Below are positions 53,606 to 64,000 of a stretch of 64,000 bases of DNA, one piece after another. Numbering within the stretch: position 1 is the stretch's first letter; every line of letters begins with the position of its first letter. Source of the stretch: Candidatus Velthaea sp. GTDB lineage: Bacteria > Vulcanimicrobiota > Vulcanimicrobiia > Vulcanimicrobiales > Vulcanimicrobiaceae. The notes below the pieces were generated by a model. The model did not search any database. It saw only the letters and a program-made list of their open reading frames with translations, and was not told where the DNA came from. The stretch spans positions 64,001-128,000 of the forward strand of contig JBEKHC010000001.1 in the NCBI GenBank assembly GCA_050012475.1, given 5' to 3'. The translations under genes were made by a program, and so were the position numbers.

Positions 53606-54844
53606 TTACGGGCCGCCGTTGGGATCCTGCTGCTGCGGTTGGCCGAAGCCGGGCGGGGCTTCGCCGATCTTCACGCTGACGAGCTTTTTGAGCCCGGCGC
53701 TGAAGACTTGCATGGCCGCGCTCTGCCCGGGTTTGAGCGCGCGGATCGCTTTGGTGAGCTCGTCGGGCGAATTGACCGGTTTGCCGTCGATCGAGGTGAT
53801 CACGTCGCCGGCTTGGAGGCCGGCTTGGTCGGCGGGGGTGCCTTGATAGACGCCGCTCACGACCACGCCGGTCTTGCCCTGGTAGTTGATTTGCGCGCGG
53901 ACGTTGTCGTCGAGCGCCTGCAGCGCGACGCCGATGTAAGGGATGCCGGTGCCGGTCGAGTTGGCCTCGAGGGTTTGGCCCGGATTCTTCAGGAGCAGCG
54001 CGACTTGCTGTTTCATGATGTTGACCGGGATCGCGAAACCGATCCCCTGCGCGCCCGCTTGCGGGTTCGCGGTCGACTGATTCACGCCGATGAGCCGCCC
54101 CTGCACGTCGACGAGCGGGCCGCCGGAATTACCGGGATTGATCGGCGCGGACGTTTGCATGAGCCCCTTGAACTGGCGCGCCTGCTCGCCCTCGCCGCCG
54201 ATCGTTTCATCGCGGTTGAAGCCCGAAACGACGCCGACGGAGACCGACTGCTTAAGCTCGAAGGGTTCGCCGATGGCAATCGCCCATTGCCCGGCGGCCA
54301 GCTTGTCGCTGTCACCCAGCTCGATGGGTGCCGGCAGCTTTGCGTAGTTGCTGACCTTGATCAGCGCGAGGTCGGCGGCCGGATTACGCGAGTAAACCGT
54401 CGCCTTCTTGCGATCGCCGTTGGCGAAGATCACTTCGATGTCCGACGTTCCGCTGGGAACGACGTGTGCATTGGTGACGATCATTCCGGACTTGTCATAG
54501 ACGAAGCCCGAGCCCGAGGCTTGCGCATGGTAGCGCTGCACGCGGCCGACCGATGGTCCGCCGCCGAAGAATTGTGAAAACGGATCGGCCGGGATCACCC
54601 GCGTGCCGTTGATGGTGACGTCGATGGCGACCACCGCCGGCTGCACCCGTTTGACCGCATTGACGATCCGGTCCTGATCGCTCGTGCCACTTCCCATCAG
54701 AGGCGCCGCGCTGACGGCAGGCGGCGTATTGTTCGGTCCTGCGACGTTGGCAAAATGCGTGCTGGCAAAGAGCATCATCGAAAAGCTGCCGACGATCGCT
54801 CCGACGAGGCCGACGACCGCCGTCCCGAAAAATCGAGACTTCAT
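53606..54844 (-). CDS. htrA: HtrA/DegP-family serine protease with one PDZ domain
   Basis: TNAHVV, DLALIK, INPGNSGGPL, PDZ ..PADQAGLQAGDVI. Confidence 0.92.
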   Translation of the reverse strand: MKSRFFGTAVVGLVGAIVGSFSMMLFASTHFANVAGPNNTPPAVSAAPLMGSGTSDQDRIVNAVKRVQPAVVAIDVTINGTRVIPADPFSQFFGGGPSVGRVQRYHAQASGSGFVYDKSGMIVTNAHVVPSGTSDIEVIFANGDRKKATVYSRNPAADLALIKVSNYAKLPAPIELGDSDKLAAGQWAIAIGEPFELKQSVSVGVVSGFNRDETIGGEGEQARQFKGLMQTSAPINPGNSGGPLVDVQGRLIGVNQSTANPQAGAQGIGFAIPVNIMKQQVALLLKNPGQTLEANSTGTGIPYIGVALQALDDNVRAQINYQGKTGVVVSGVYQGTPADQAGLQAGDVITSIDGKPVNSPDELTKAIRALKPGQSAAMQVFSAGLKKLVSVKIGEAPPGFGQPQQQDPNGGP

Positions 54845-54944
54845 GTTTGGTGGTTCTCCAATGGTTGGTGGGAAGAGTGGAAACGTTCGCTACCCTATAC
54901 AGGGTTTGGCGAGCCGGGGTGACGGATCGCGCCCAGATTTTTCC

Positions 54945-55712
54945 TCATTTTAATCCGTTTTGCAGCGCTGCTCCGGCGAGCGGAAAAACTCCCGTCCCCG
55001 CCAAGATGACCAGCGCCGCAGCGATCGCGCTGCCGCGAGGCAACCGAGCGACGATGATCATCCCGGTCGCGAGCAGTACGCTGTCCCAAACGGCGAAGAC
55101 GTTGATGGCGCTGAGAAAGGCTGCGGCCGGCTTGGCTTCCGGCGAGACAAACGTACCCAGACCGGGGACGGCGTTCGCAACGTCGGCCGACGACGGGAAG
55201 GCGTCCGGCCCGCGCAGCAGCGCGATCGCGAGCAGCGCGACCGAGGCGATCCCGGTGCCGACGACGGCCGCATTGACCGCCAGCGCCCAGAATTTTTTGA
55301 ACGTCCCGTCGCCGCCCCCCAGGGCGTTCGCGGCCAGCATGACCAGGGCTTGCAGCGCGCAACCGCCGGCCAACACGAACGGGATCAGCAGGAACGAAAA
55401 GCCGGTGAGCGTTTTGGCCAGCCCGAGCTGCTGCGCAATGAGCGCGTTGCGGGCGTCGGCCGGCATCTGCGCGATTTGCCCGGTAGCAGCGAACCGCGCC
55501 GGCAATTCGCGCTCGAGCACGTGCAGCCAAATCGGGTTCATGGCCAAGGTCGCGATCATCCCGAGCAGCGCTGCGATGGCGAAGGCCCAGCCCCAGGTCG
55601 GGGCCTCGCGCAGTGCCGCGCATGCCGCTCGAGGCGCGATCGCGATGTCGAGCGCCGTCTGCAGCCCGGCGCGAGCGCCGGCGGGCCGCACCGGCTCAGC
55701 CCCGGCGGGCAT
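54945..55712 (-). CDS. Yip1-domain (YknW-like) membrane protein
   Basis: DIAIAP..LREAPTW, about 5 TM segments, INVFAVW; overlaps the ATPase gene end. Confidence 0.7.
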   Translation of the reverse strand: MPAGAEPVRPAGARAGLQTALDIAIAPRAACAALREAPTWGWAFAIAALLGMIATLAMNPIWLHVLERELPARFAATGQIAQMPADARNALIAQQLGLAKTLTGFSFLLIPFVLAGGCALQALVMLAANALGGGDGTFKKFWALAVNAAVVGTGIASVALLAIALLRGPDAFPSSADVANAVPGLGTFVSPEAKPAAAFLSAINVFAVWDSVLLATGMIIVARLPRGSAIAAALVILAGTGVFPLAGAALQNGLK

Positions 55713-56415
55713 CGGTCGCGACCGTCGCTTCGTCGGCCACGACCAAACCGTCGCGGACGCGAATGACGCGTTTGGCGTGGGCGGCGATATCTTCATCGTG
55801 CGTCACCATGATGATCGTTCGACCCGCGCGGTTGAGCTGTTCGAAGAGCGCCATGATCTCTTCGCTGGTCTGACTGTCGAGATTGCCGGTCGGCTCGTCG
55901 GCTAACAAGACGGCGGGATCGTTCACCAGCGCGCGCGCGATCGCGACCCGCTGTTGCTGGCCGCCGGACAGTTCGCTGGGCTTGTGGTCGAGCCGGTCGC
56001 CCAGGCCGACTTCGCGCAACTGTTCGGCCGCGGCGGCGTTGCGCGAACGCAGCGATGTCCCCGCATAAAACAGCGGCAAGGCCACGTTCTTGAGCGCCGA
56101 GGTGCGCGCGAGCAGATTGAAGCCTTGAAACACGAAGCCCAGTTTCTTGAGCCGGATCGCGGCCAAAGCGTCGTCGGTCAAGGTGCCGACATCGATGCCG
56201 TCGAGTTCGTAGCGGCCCGTGGTCGGCCGGTCCAGGCAGCCCAGCGTGTTCATCAGGGTCGACTTTCCCGAACCCGACGGTCCCATGATCGCAACGTATT
56301 CACCGGACGCGATGCGGAAGCTCACGCCGCGCAAGGCGTGCACTTCGATGTCGCCGAGCACGTAGGTTTTGGTCACGCCAGTGAGCGCAATGACCGGGCG
56401 CGCGGCGTCATTCAT
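55696..56415 (-). CDS. MacB/LolD-type ABC ATP-binding protein
   Basis: [34 protein letters not shown]. Confidence 0.95.
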   Translation of the reverse strand: MNDAARPVIALTGVTKTYVLGDIEVHALRGVSFRIASGEYVAIMGPSGSGKSTLMNTLGCLDRPTTGRYELDGIDVGTLTDDALAAIRLKKLGFVFQGFNLLARTSALKNVALPLFYAGTSLRSRNAAAAEQLREVGLGDRLDHKPSELSGGQQQRVAIARALVNDPAVLLADEPTGNLDSQTSEEIMALFEQLNRAGRTIIMVTHDEDIAAHAKRVIRVRDGLVVADEATVATDARRG

Positions 56416-57601
56416 AGCGCAGCGCCTCGATCGGATCGAGCGTTGCCGCGCGGTAGGCCGGATAGGTCCCGAACGCCAGCGTGACGAGCGTCGCGAAACC
56501 GGTCGCGATCGCCGCCGAGCGCAGCCACGGAATCGGCGCGACGACGCCCGAAATCTGCACCAGGGCGAAGTGATTGACCGCCGCGCCGATCGCCAGGCCC
56601 AAGATCAGCCCGATGGCGCAGCCGATCGACGACAGGAGCAGCGCCTCGATGAAAAATTGGGCCAGCACTTGTCCGCGCGTGGCGCCGATGGCTTTGCGCA
56701 AACCGATTTCGCGCGTTCGTTCGGCGACCGAGACGAGCATGATGTTGAGGATCCCGATCCCCGCCACGAGCAGCGAAACGGCGCCGATGAGGCCGACGAT
56801 GAGCGTCAGGCCGGTGAAGATGCCGTCGATGGCGGATGAAAAGGTCTTGCGGTCGATCGTTTGATACAGCGCGCGGCCGTGTTTGAGCCGGGCGAAATAG
56901 GCCAGCGTCGCGTTCTCCGTTTCCGCCAGTCGCGCCGGATCGTCGACGAGAAAGCGGGCTCCGGTCAGCGGGCGTCCGCGCGCGTAGTCGCGCTCGTACG
57001 CGGTGTACGGGATGAGCACGTCGCTTTGAATGATGTTGGGCGCGATTCCGCCGTTGGGTTTGGCGAGCACGCCGACGATCGTATAGCGGCGTTCGCCGGC
57101 GCGGATCGAACGGCCGACCGGATCGCCGTCGAGCTTGAGTTTTGCGTACGCGTTGTCGAGCAAAATGCAGACGTGCGCGCCGGCGTCGACTTGGGCGCGC
57201 GAGAATCCATCACCAAAGCGGATCGGGGTCGTCACGAAGCGCCGGTCGGAGTCGGCCGACAGCCGCAGTTTGGCTTCGGTCGCGCCCAAGCGCATGGTGA
57301 GCGCCGTCGCGCCCAGCGGCACGCCGGCGGCGACGTTGGGGATGCTGCGCGCTGCGCGGTCGATGTCGGCCACGCTGATTGCGGCGCGGGTGAAATCCGC
57401 TTGGCGCGCGTTGGGAAAGATCGTGAACGATTTGTCGTTGACCGCTCCCAGCACGCCGGTCACCGCGCCCGACATTCCCGAGCCCAGAATTTGGATTGCG
57501 ATCACCGCCATCACGCCGATGATCAGCCCCAGCGTGGTCAGGAACGAACGGGTCTTGTTGGCCCACAGAACGCTCAGGGCTTCGAGCACGTATTGAACCA
57601 A
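56408..57601 (-). CDS. MacB/FtsX-type ABC permease
   Basis: [40 protein letters not shown]. Confidence 0.93.
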   Translation of the reverse strand: MVQYVLEALSVLWANKTRSFLTTLGLIIGVMAVIAIQILGSGMSGAVTGVLGAVNDKSFTIFPNARQADFTRAAISVADIDRAARSIPNVAAGVPLGATALTMRLGATEAKLRLSADSDRRFVTTPIRFGDGFSRAQVDAGAHVCILLDNAYAKLKLDGDPVGRSIRAGERRYTIVGVLAKPNGGIAPNIIQSDVLIPYTAYERDYARGRPLTGARFLVDDPARLAETENATLAYFARLKHGRALYQTIDRKTFSSAIDGIFTGLTLIVGLIGAVSLLVAGIGILNIMLVSVAERTREIGLRKAIGATRGQVLAQFFIEALLLSSIGCAIGLILGLAIGAAVNHFALVQISGVVAPIPWLRSAAIATGFATLVTLAFGTYPAYRAATLDPIEALRYE

Positions 57602-57613
57602 GCTACGCCCGCA

Positions 57614-58804
57614 CTACGAGCGCAACGCGGAGATGGGATCGAGCCGGCTGGCGCGCAGCGCGGGGTAGGTGCCGAAGACCGTCCCCACCAGGGTCGAAAA
57701 ACCGACCGCGACGGACACGATCAAAAGGTACGGAATCGGCGCCGGGCCGACCAGCGCGGCGATCGAGCCGTACGCTGCGACGACGGCAAAGAATCCGATC
57801 GCCGTCCCGATGCCGCCGCCGATGAGCGAGAGCAGGATCGCCTCGAGCAAAAACTGCAGCGCGATATCCGCGTTGCGCGCGCCGATCGACTTGCGCAGCC
57901 CGATCTCGCGCGTTCGCTCCGTTACCGAGACGAGCATGATGTTCATGATGCCGATGCCGGCGACCACCAGCGCCACGCCGCCGATCGCGGTCAGGCCGTT
58001 GGCGATGACGCCCAGCACGGTGTTGAAGGTCTGCAAGTTCGCCGTATTGTCTTGCACGACGTATTTCGCGCCGGGTCCGTGGAGGCGCCGCAGCACGGCG
58101 GTGACGTCGTCGCCGATCTCGGCCACGCCGATGCCGTTGGCGGCGTACAGGCTCAGTCCGTCCGTCGGCCCCGGCGCGATGTCGTGAAACATCGTGTACG
58201 GCAGCGTGAAAAAATCGTTGGCGCCTGCGGAGTTGAACAGGCCGCCTTTGATCTCGGCCCAGATGCCGACCACGGTGCAGCTCGACCCGCCGACCCGCAA
58301 GACTTGGCCCAGCGCGGGTCCGTCGAACATCCGCTGCGCCAGCGCGCGCGTGAGGTTGCAGACGCGCGCGCCGGTGGTGAGATCGGCCGTGCTGATCCGG
58401 CGTCCCGCGAGCATGACGATCGAGTCGGGATGATAATCGCCGTCGGACACCCCGAAGGTCGTGTACTTGCGGTTCCCCACCCGCAAGCTGAATTGGCGCT
58501 GATAGGCCGGTTCGATATCTTTGAGTTTGCCCGCCAGTGCCTCGCCGGCGATCCGGGCGTCGCGGTACTGGATCGCCGCGCTTTGCGGATCGTTCTGATC
58601 CGGATCGACGCTGACCGAAACGCCCGGATCGCCGAACGAATCCAGCGTTCCGCTGATGCCGCCCGATGCCGCTTTGCTGATGCCCAGCACCGCGATGATC
58701 GACGACGTCCCGATGATCATGCCCAGCAGGGTCAGCAGCGAACGGGTGCGGTTGCGCCAAATCGCTTCGAAGGCTTCCGCGATATACGCGCCCAGCCGGC
58801 TCAT
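57614..58804 (-). CDS. MacB/FtsX-type ABC permease (paralog)
   Basis: RSLLTLLGMIIG, GIGIMNIMLVSVTERTREIG, PISALR. Confidence 0.93.
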   Translation of the reverse strand: MSRLGAYIAEAFEAIWRNRTRSLLTLLGMIIGTSSIIAVLGISKAASGGISGTLDSFGDPGVSVSVDPDQNDPQSAAIQYRDARIAGEALAGKLKDIEPAYQRQFSLRVGNRKYTTFGVSDGDYHPDSIVMLAGRRISTADLTTGARVCNLTRALAQRMFDGPALGQVLRVGGSSCTVVGIWAEIKGGLFNSAGANDFFTLPYTMFHDIAPGPTDGLSLYAANGIGVAEIGDDVTAVLRRLHGPGAKYVVQDNTANLQTFNTVLGVIANGLTAIGGVALVVAGIGIMNIMLVSVTERTREIGLRKSIGARNADIALQFLLEAILLSLIGGGIGTAIGFFAVVAAYGSIAALVGPAPIPYLLIVSVAVGFSTLVGTVFGTYPALRASRLDPISALRS

Positions 58805-60363
58805 CCCGCGCCGTTGCTCGCGCTGGGCGCCGGCGACGGTTCCGGCGCGGCTTTCACCGCGACATTGTCGGCGATGGCCGGGTTCCGGTCGACGACGACG
58901 GTGTCGCCCGGTTTGAGACCGTGCGTGATGACGGTTTGCGTGTCGTTCGTCGCTCCGGCGACGACGTTCGTTTTGAGCGTGCGCCCGTCGGCGGGGCGGA
59001 CGACGAAGACGTACGGCTTGCCGTTGTCACGGCGAATCGCCTCGCTGGGCAGCGCGATCACGTGCGCTTCATCGACGGTCACGATGTCGACGTCGACGTT
59101 CATGCCGTCGCGCAGAAACGGCAGCGAACCCTGCAGCTTGATCGTGGTGATGATCTGGCGCGACGTGTTCGCAGGATCGTCGCTCTTTTGCGCCACCTCG
59201 CCGATTGCCGCCACGCGTCCGTCGATCGTGCTGCTGCCGAGGTCTTCACCGCTGATGCGTGCTGCTTGACCCAGTTTGACTTGCGAAATGTCTTGTTCGT
59301 CGACGCGCGCCCGGACGATAAAACCGGTATTTGCCGCCAGCGTCACGAGCGGTTGTCCGGCGGACAGATTGTCTCCGGGCTGCAGCGGGCGCAGCGAATC
59401 GTTCGTTTGCACGGCGATCGTTTGCACGATGCCGGCGAACGGCGCCACGATGGACAGCCGCGCGACCTGGTCTTGGGCATAGCGCAGATCGTTGAGCCGC
59501 GCGGCGGCATCGCCGCGCGCGGCCACCAGGTCACCGGCCTTGTTTTGCTCGGATTCGAGTTTGGCGGCGGCGAGCGCGGCTTGTGCTTGCCGCACGGCGT
59601 CGCGCGCCGCGCGCACGCGGTCGGCGAGCACCGAGACGTTCTGTGAAAGCTGCGTGTACGTGTCTTGGCGCTGGCGTTCGGCCTGGTCGGCGGCGATTTG
59701 CGCTTGGGCGAGGCGCGCGGCTTGCTGGCTGAGCGTATCTTTGGAGATGGCTTTGTTCGCGTAGAGGTCCTTGTCCGCATCGTAGATGCGCTGGGCTTCG
59801 CTCAAACTCGTGCGCGCGTTGGCTACGCCGGCGTCGGCGCCCACGCGCTGGGATTCGGCGGTGGCGCCGCCGTACCCCAACCCCGATTGCGCACCGTTCT
59901 TCTGATCGGTGATGGCCTGGTTCAAATTGAATTTGGCCTGCTCGAGGTTGAACTCGGCTTGCACCACGCTGGATTGGTTTTGTGCCGGCAGCACCGCGTT
60001 GGTCTCGGCTGCCGACGATGCGCGCCCGCGCGCCGCGTCGTAAGCGGCCTGCGCGCCTTCTTCGCTGCTGACCAGTTGCGGATTCGAGAGCTGGAAGAGG
60101 AGCTGGCCGGCCGCGACGCGGTCGCCGGGTTTGACCAGCACGCGCGCGATATCGCCGGGCACGAGCGTCGACAGCGTTCGAATTTGCGGCCGCTGCACGA
60201 CGCCCGTCTCGGGCAGGCGGGTGATGAAACGGCCGTAGGCTGCGGTGGCGAGCTTGGCTTCGATCGCGGCATCCCGGGGATGCCCTGCGGCGAACGCGCC
60301 GATCGCGACGATCGCGATGAGCCCGGCGACCAGTGCGACGAGATTGCGGCGGCGGCGAATCAC
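58801..60363 (-). CDS. Periplasmic adaptor / membrane fusion protein (MacA-like) with long coiled coil
   Basis: N-terminal TM, VKPGDRVAAGQLL, IVAPFAG, VDEQDI..GQ; GTGA overlap. Confidence 0.88.
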   Translation of the reverse strand: MIRRRRNLVALVAGLIAIVAIGAFAAGHPRDAAIEAKLATAAYGRFITRLPETGVVQRPQIRTLSTLVPGDIARVLVKPGDRVAAGQLLFQLSNPQLVSSEEGAQAAYDAARGRASSAAETNAVLPAQNQSSVVQAEFNLEQAKFNLNQAITDQKNGAQSGLGYGGATAESQRVGADAGVANARTSLSEAQRIYDADKDLYANKAISKDTLSQQAARLAQAQIAADQAERQRQDTYTQLSQNVSVLADRVRAARDAVRQAQAALAAAKLESEQNKAGDLVAARGDAAARLNDLRYAQDQVARLSIVAPFAGIVQTIAVQTNDSLRPLQPGDNLSAGQPLVTLAANTGFIVRARVDEQDISQVKLGQAARISGEDLGSSTIDGRVAAIGEVAQKSDDPANTSRQIITTIKLQGSLPFLRDGMNVDVDIVTVDEAHVIALPSEAIRRDNGKPYVFVVRPADGRTLKTNVVAGATNDTQTVITHGLKPGDTVVVDRNPAIADNVAVKAAPEPSPAPSASNGAG

Positions 60364-61766
60364 GTGCGCAGATCCACGATCGCCACCGGATCCAGCGTTC
60401 CGACCGCCACGCGCAGATGGACGACCGCGCCGATGTAGCTGACGCGGGCGTTCACCAGATCGTTCTGCGCCGACAGATTGTCGCGCTCGGCCTGGGTGGC
60501 GTCGGTCAACGAGATCAGCCCGTTCTTGTACTGCAGTTGGGCGATCCGGGCCGACTCGGCGCCCAGTGCGGAGGCCTGTTTGGCGGTTGCGAGATTCGCA
60601 TACGCCGTCTGCGCGCCGCGTTGGGCCTGGCGCACGTCGGTTTCGACCGCGTAGCGGGTCGTGTCGAGTGCGGCTTGCGCGGAATCGATCGCGGCGCGCG
60701 CGGCGCGGTGCTGGGCGTGCCGCGAGCCGTACTCGACCAAGCCGATCTGCAGCGTTTCGGTCGCCCCGATCTGCCAAAAACCCGTGCTGCCGCGCGGACC
60801 CAACGGGAAAGGCTGACCGGTTGACGGATTGGTCAGCGCGCTTTGGGTCGGGATGAATTGGTTGCCAAACGCGGCATTGATCGAAAGCGCCGGCAGCCGG
60901 TCGCTGTCGATGATCGCGTCGGCGAGCCGTGCGTTCGCGACCGCAGCGGCGGCGCCCGCAATATCGGTGCGGCCGGCTTCCGCAGTCGCGATGAGCTCGG
61001 CCAGCGGCGTCGTCGACGGCGCCGGTTCGGGCAGCACGTCCTCGAACACGAAGGCTTGCTCGGGCGGTGCGCCGACGGTCTGCGCCAGCGACTCGCGCGC
61101 CGTCGCTTCGTCGGACTGCGCGGTCGCAAGTGCCGCTTGCGCGCGCAGCGCATTGACCTGCGAGCGCAGCACGTCGACCCCCGCAGCGCGGCCGACGCGT
61201 TCGTTGTCGCGCGCAACGTCCAGCAGCGCTTCTTGATAGGTTTGGTCGACGGCATCGAGGCGGACGGTTTCGCGCCGGACCGAGACGGCGTAGTACGCGC
61301 TGCTCACGTCTTGCGCCAGCTGCTGCTCGGCATGACGCAGGTCGTCGCGATCGGTTTCGACTTGCCGCTTGGCGCGCTGGCTCGTGATCTGGTTGGCCGA
61401 ACCGTTGTAGAGCGTCCACTGCGTGCCGAGTTGCGCCGTATTTTCCGAGAACGTCGTGATGCTGTTGGTCGTCGCCGGACCGATGCCGAACTGTTCGAGC
61501 GATCCGATCGAGCCGTTCGACTGTTTGGTGAGCTGATTTTGCAGCTCTCCGGTAAGCGGCGGATACTCGGCGGCGTGGTCCTTGGCGTATTGCGCTTCAT
61601 CGTTGGCCAGCGTCGCGCGCCGGCTGGCGATCGAGGCGTTGTGATCGAGCGCGAATCGAACGGCCGAACGAACGTCGAGCGGCTGCTCCGGCGGCGGTGA
61701 CTGGGCCCCGACGGGCCGCGCGCAGCAGCACACCGCGATCAGCGCGGCGATCCGGGCGAGGCGCAC
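60360..61766 (-). CDS. TolC-family outer membrane efflux protein
   Basis: AVRFALDHN, VSSAYY, QYKNGLISLTD; start GTG 61766 is approximate. Confidence 0.88.
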   Translation of the reverse strand: MRLARIAALIAVCCCARPVGAQSPPPEQPLDVRSAVRFALDHNASIASRRATLANDEAQYAKDHAAEYPPLTGELQNQLTKQSNGSIGSLEQFGIGPATTNSITTFSENTAQLGTQWTLYNGSANQITSQRAKRQVETDRDDLRHAEQQLAQDVSSAYYAVSVRRETVRLDAVDQTYQEALLDVARDNERVGRAAGVDVLRSQVNALRAQAALATAQSDEATARESLAQTVGAPPEQAFVFEDVLPEPAPSTTPLAELIATAEAGRTDIAGAAAAVANARLADAIIDSDRLPALSINAAFGNQFIPTQSALTNPSTGQPFPLGPRGSTGFWQIGATETLQIGLVEYGSRHAQHRAARAAIDSAQAALDTTRYAVETDVRQAQRGAQTAYANLATAKQASALGAESARIAQLQYKNGLISLTDATQAERDNLSAQNDLVNARVSYIGAVVHLRVAVGTLDPVAIVDLRT

Positions 61767-61866
61767 GGTTACGCGTTTGCCGGAGCGGCGGGGCGCGGAC
61801 GCGTTCGCTTGGGCTGCCTCACGAGGTTCGGGAGCGGCTGCAATGATGGCGCTGGGCGATACGTCG

Positions 61867-62211
61867 TCACGGCTCAACGGTTCGGCGCGCGGGTCCCGTC
61901 GCTTTCTGTTTGGGGCGCGGCGGATCGGCCAACAGCGCATCGACGCTGAGGCGGTGTTCGATGACCGCGCGGGCGCGCTCGAGGCCCTCTTCGCGCAATT
62001 CGAGCATCCGCAGCCGCAAATACATCACGGTCGAGCGCCGCACCCGGGGTGAAAACAGCTCGATTTGGCGTTCTGCCGAGGCCGGCGTCCGGACCGCGTG
62101 GGGCGAGCGCGGTGTTTCGCTTGCTGGGGACGGCAAGGCCTGGGTCCAGAGCGCAAATGATAGGAAACTGACCAAAAAAGCGGGCGAAGCTCGCCGGATA
62201 GTTAACCTCAT
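61867..62211 (-). CDS. Hypothetical exported protein
   Basis: MRLTIRRASPAFLVSFLSFALWTQA signal-like start; fills the gap upstream of tolC. Confidence 0.45.
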   Translation of the reverse strand: MRLTIRRASPAFLVSFLSFALWTQALPSPASETPRSPHAVRTPASAERQIELFSPRVRRSTVMYLRLRMLELREEGLERARAVIEHRLSVDALLADPPRPKQKATGPARRTVEP

Positions 62212-62256
62212 ACGATTCCCGATCACGCGCGACGGGGTCACATCAAGGACGGAATT

Positions 62257-63966
62257 TTGCAAGTTAGCGGTCAGTCGTACGCAGATACCCTCGTCGTCCC
62301 ACCCCCGCCCCAGGAAAGTTACCTGCGCATCATCCCGCTCGGCGGATGCGGCGAGATCGGCCGGAACATGACCGTGGTCGAAACGAACGACGATCTCATC
62401 GTCGTGGACTGCGGCTTGATGTTTCCCGACGACGAGATGTTCGGCGTCGACATCGTCATCAACGATTTCTCGTATTTGCGCGAGCGCGCCGACAAGTTTC
62501 GCGCGCTGCTCGTCACGCACGGACATGAAGATCATATCGGCGGGATTCCGTACTTGCTGCGCGAGTTCACCGTCCCGGTCGTCGGCACGCCGCTCACGCT
62601 GGCGCTCATTCGCGCCAAACTCAAAGAACACAAGCCGGCCGAACTCAATTTCGTCACCGTCAACCCGGGCGACAAAGTCACCTACGGCGGCATCGAAACC
62701 GAATTCATCCACATCAACCACAGTTTGGCGGGCGCGTGCGCACTGGCGATTCACACGCCGCAGGGCACGGTCTTCCACACCGGCGACTTCAAGTTCGATC
62801 AAACCCCCATCGACGGGAAGCCGGCCGACTTCGCGGCGATCGCGCGCGTCGGCCAAGCCGGCGTGCTGTGCATGCTCGCCGATTCGACCAACGCCGAGCG
62901 CCCGGGCCACACGCTGTCCGAACGGATCGTCGGCGAAGCCTTCGCCAACATTTTCGCGCGCGCCAAAGGCCGGCTGATCGTCACCTCGTTCGCCTCGAAC
63001 GTGCCGCGCATTCAGCAGGTCGTCGACCAATCGCAGCGCTTCGGCCGCAAAGTGGCGTTCTTGGGCCGTTCGCTCTCCAACGTCGTGCATTACGCCACGG
63101 AGCTCGGCTACCTCGACATCCCGCCGGGGATGATCATCCGGCTCGAAGCCGTCGACGATTATCCCGCCGACCAAATCGTGGTCATGACGACGGGTTCGCA
63201 GGGCGAGCCGATGTCGGCGCTGACCCGCCTCTCGGTGCGCGATCACAAGAAGCTGCGCATCGTTCCCGGCGACACTGTCGTCATCAGCGCAACGCCGATC
63301 CCGGGCAACGAGAAAAGCGTCTCGAAAACGATCAACAACCTTTACCGTTTGGGCGCCAACGTGATCCACGGCTCGACCGGGATGGCGCATGTTTCGGGAC
63401 ACGCGTCGCAAGAAGAACTGCTGCTCATGCTCAACTTGGTGCGGCCCGACTACTTCATCCCGGTGCACGGCGAGTACCGGATGCTCGTCACCCACGGCAA
63501 CCTCGCGCGCCAAACCGGCGTTCCCGGCGACAACGTGTTCGTCATCGAGAACGGCGACGTGATTCAGTTCACCCACGAAACGGTCGGCAAGGTCGGGCGG
63601 ACGTACGGCGGCAACGTCATGGTGGACGGTTCAGGGGTAGGCGACGTGGGCGACGCGATTTTGCGCGACCGCAAGCATCTCGCCGGCGACGGGATCATGA
63701 TGGTGGTGGTCACCGTCGATGCCGAAGAAGCGCGGGTCGTGGCCGGACCCGATCTCGTGTCGCGCGGCGTCTTCTATTTGCCCGAGTCGGGTGCCGTGAT
63801 GGAAGAACTCAAGGCGAAGCTGACCCGGATTCTCGACGATTGCTCGGTCGAAGGCATCCGCGACGTCGGTACGGTGAAAGAACACATCCGCAACGGGCTT
63901 TCGAAGGCGATCTTCGAGCGCTCGCGGCGCAAGCCGATCGTCATCCCGGTCGTCATGGAAGTCTAG
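62257..63966 (+). CDS. rnj: Ribonuclease J
   Basis: IIPLGGCGEIGRNM, THGHEDHIG, HTGDFK, TGSQGEP, HVSGHAS, PVHGE. Confidence 0.96.
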   Translation: MQVSGQSYADTLVVPPPPQESYLRIIPLGGCGEIGRNMTVVETNDDLIVVDCGLMFPDDEMFGVDIVINDFSYLRERADKFRALLVTHGHEDHIGGIPYLLREFTVPVVGTPLTLALIRAKLKEHKPAELNFVTVNPGDKVTYGGIETEFIHINHSLAGACALAIHTPQGTVFHTGDFKFDQTPIDGKPADFAAIARVGQAGVLCMLADSTNAERPGHTLSERIVGEAFANIFARAKGRLIVTSFASNVPRIQQVVDQSQRFGRKVAFLGRSLSNVVHYATELGYLDIPPGMIIRLEAVDDYPADQIVVMTTGSQGEPMSALTRLSVRDHKKLRIVPGDTVVISATPIPGNEKSVSKTINNLYRLGANVIHGSTGMAHVSGHASQEELLLMLNLVRPDYFIPVHGEYRMLVTHGNLARQTGVPGDNVFVIENGDVIQFTHETVGKVGRTYGGNVMVDGSGVGDVGDAILRDRKHLAGDGIMMVVVTVDAEEARVVAGPDLVSRGVFYLPESGAVMEELKAKLTRILDDCSVEGIRDVGTVKEHIRNGLSKAIFERSRRKPIVIPVVMEV

Positions 63967-64000
63967 CCGCTATCGGGTTTCGCCGAGCGACGCCCTTGCG

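Noticed and set aside
56861..59269. 802-aa plus-strand ORF
   Set aside because: Antisense to clearly identified permease and adaptor genes
1..64000. tRNA/rRNA genes, transposases, integrases, prophage or defence genes
   Set aside because: None recognisable; the STAND protein resembles the signalling type rather than Avs antiviral proteins, though this was not tested

Overview
GC-rich, gene-dense bacterial chromosomal window with about 55 supportable CDS. I recognised no rRNA, tRNA, CRISPR array, transposase or integrase. Outer-membrane genes (TolC, a TonB-receptor-like barrel, a cytochrome-porin) occur with a DnaK lacking the proteobacterial-type insertion and with RNase J. This suggests a diderm Terrabacteria lineage such as Eremiobacterota/Vulcanimicrobiota (inference only). 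Ordinary content: sugar ABC/catabolic operon, kup, aceEF, mutY/nth, ABC exporters, acyl-CoA synthetase, mscS, dnaK-grpE-dnaJ, htrA, a MacAB-TolC-like operon and rnj. Most interesting signals: (1) a lipoprotein built from 8 SLRSD[IV][VI] cassettes directly upstream of a GAF-GGDEF-STAND ATPase-TPR protein, a candidate multi-copy peptide signal/receptor pair; (2) a Cyc2-like heme-c/beta-barrel fusion with a type-1 copper lipoprotein, SCO protein and two-component system, driven by a mirror-image divergent promoter; (3) sigma28-like promoters upstream of three lipoprotein genes and a sensor-less MCP-like gene; (4) a 16-aa Lys-rich microprotein with its own RBS and terminator; (5) a uORF/structured leader upstream of kup; (6) two genes with apparent internal deletions. 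All family calls come from motif recognition by eye, not database searches.
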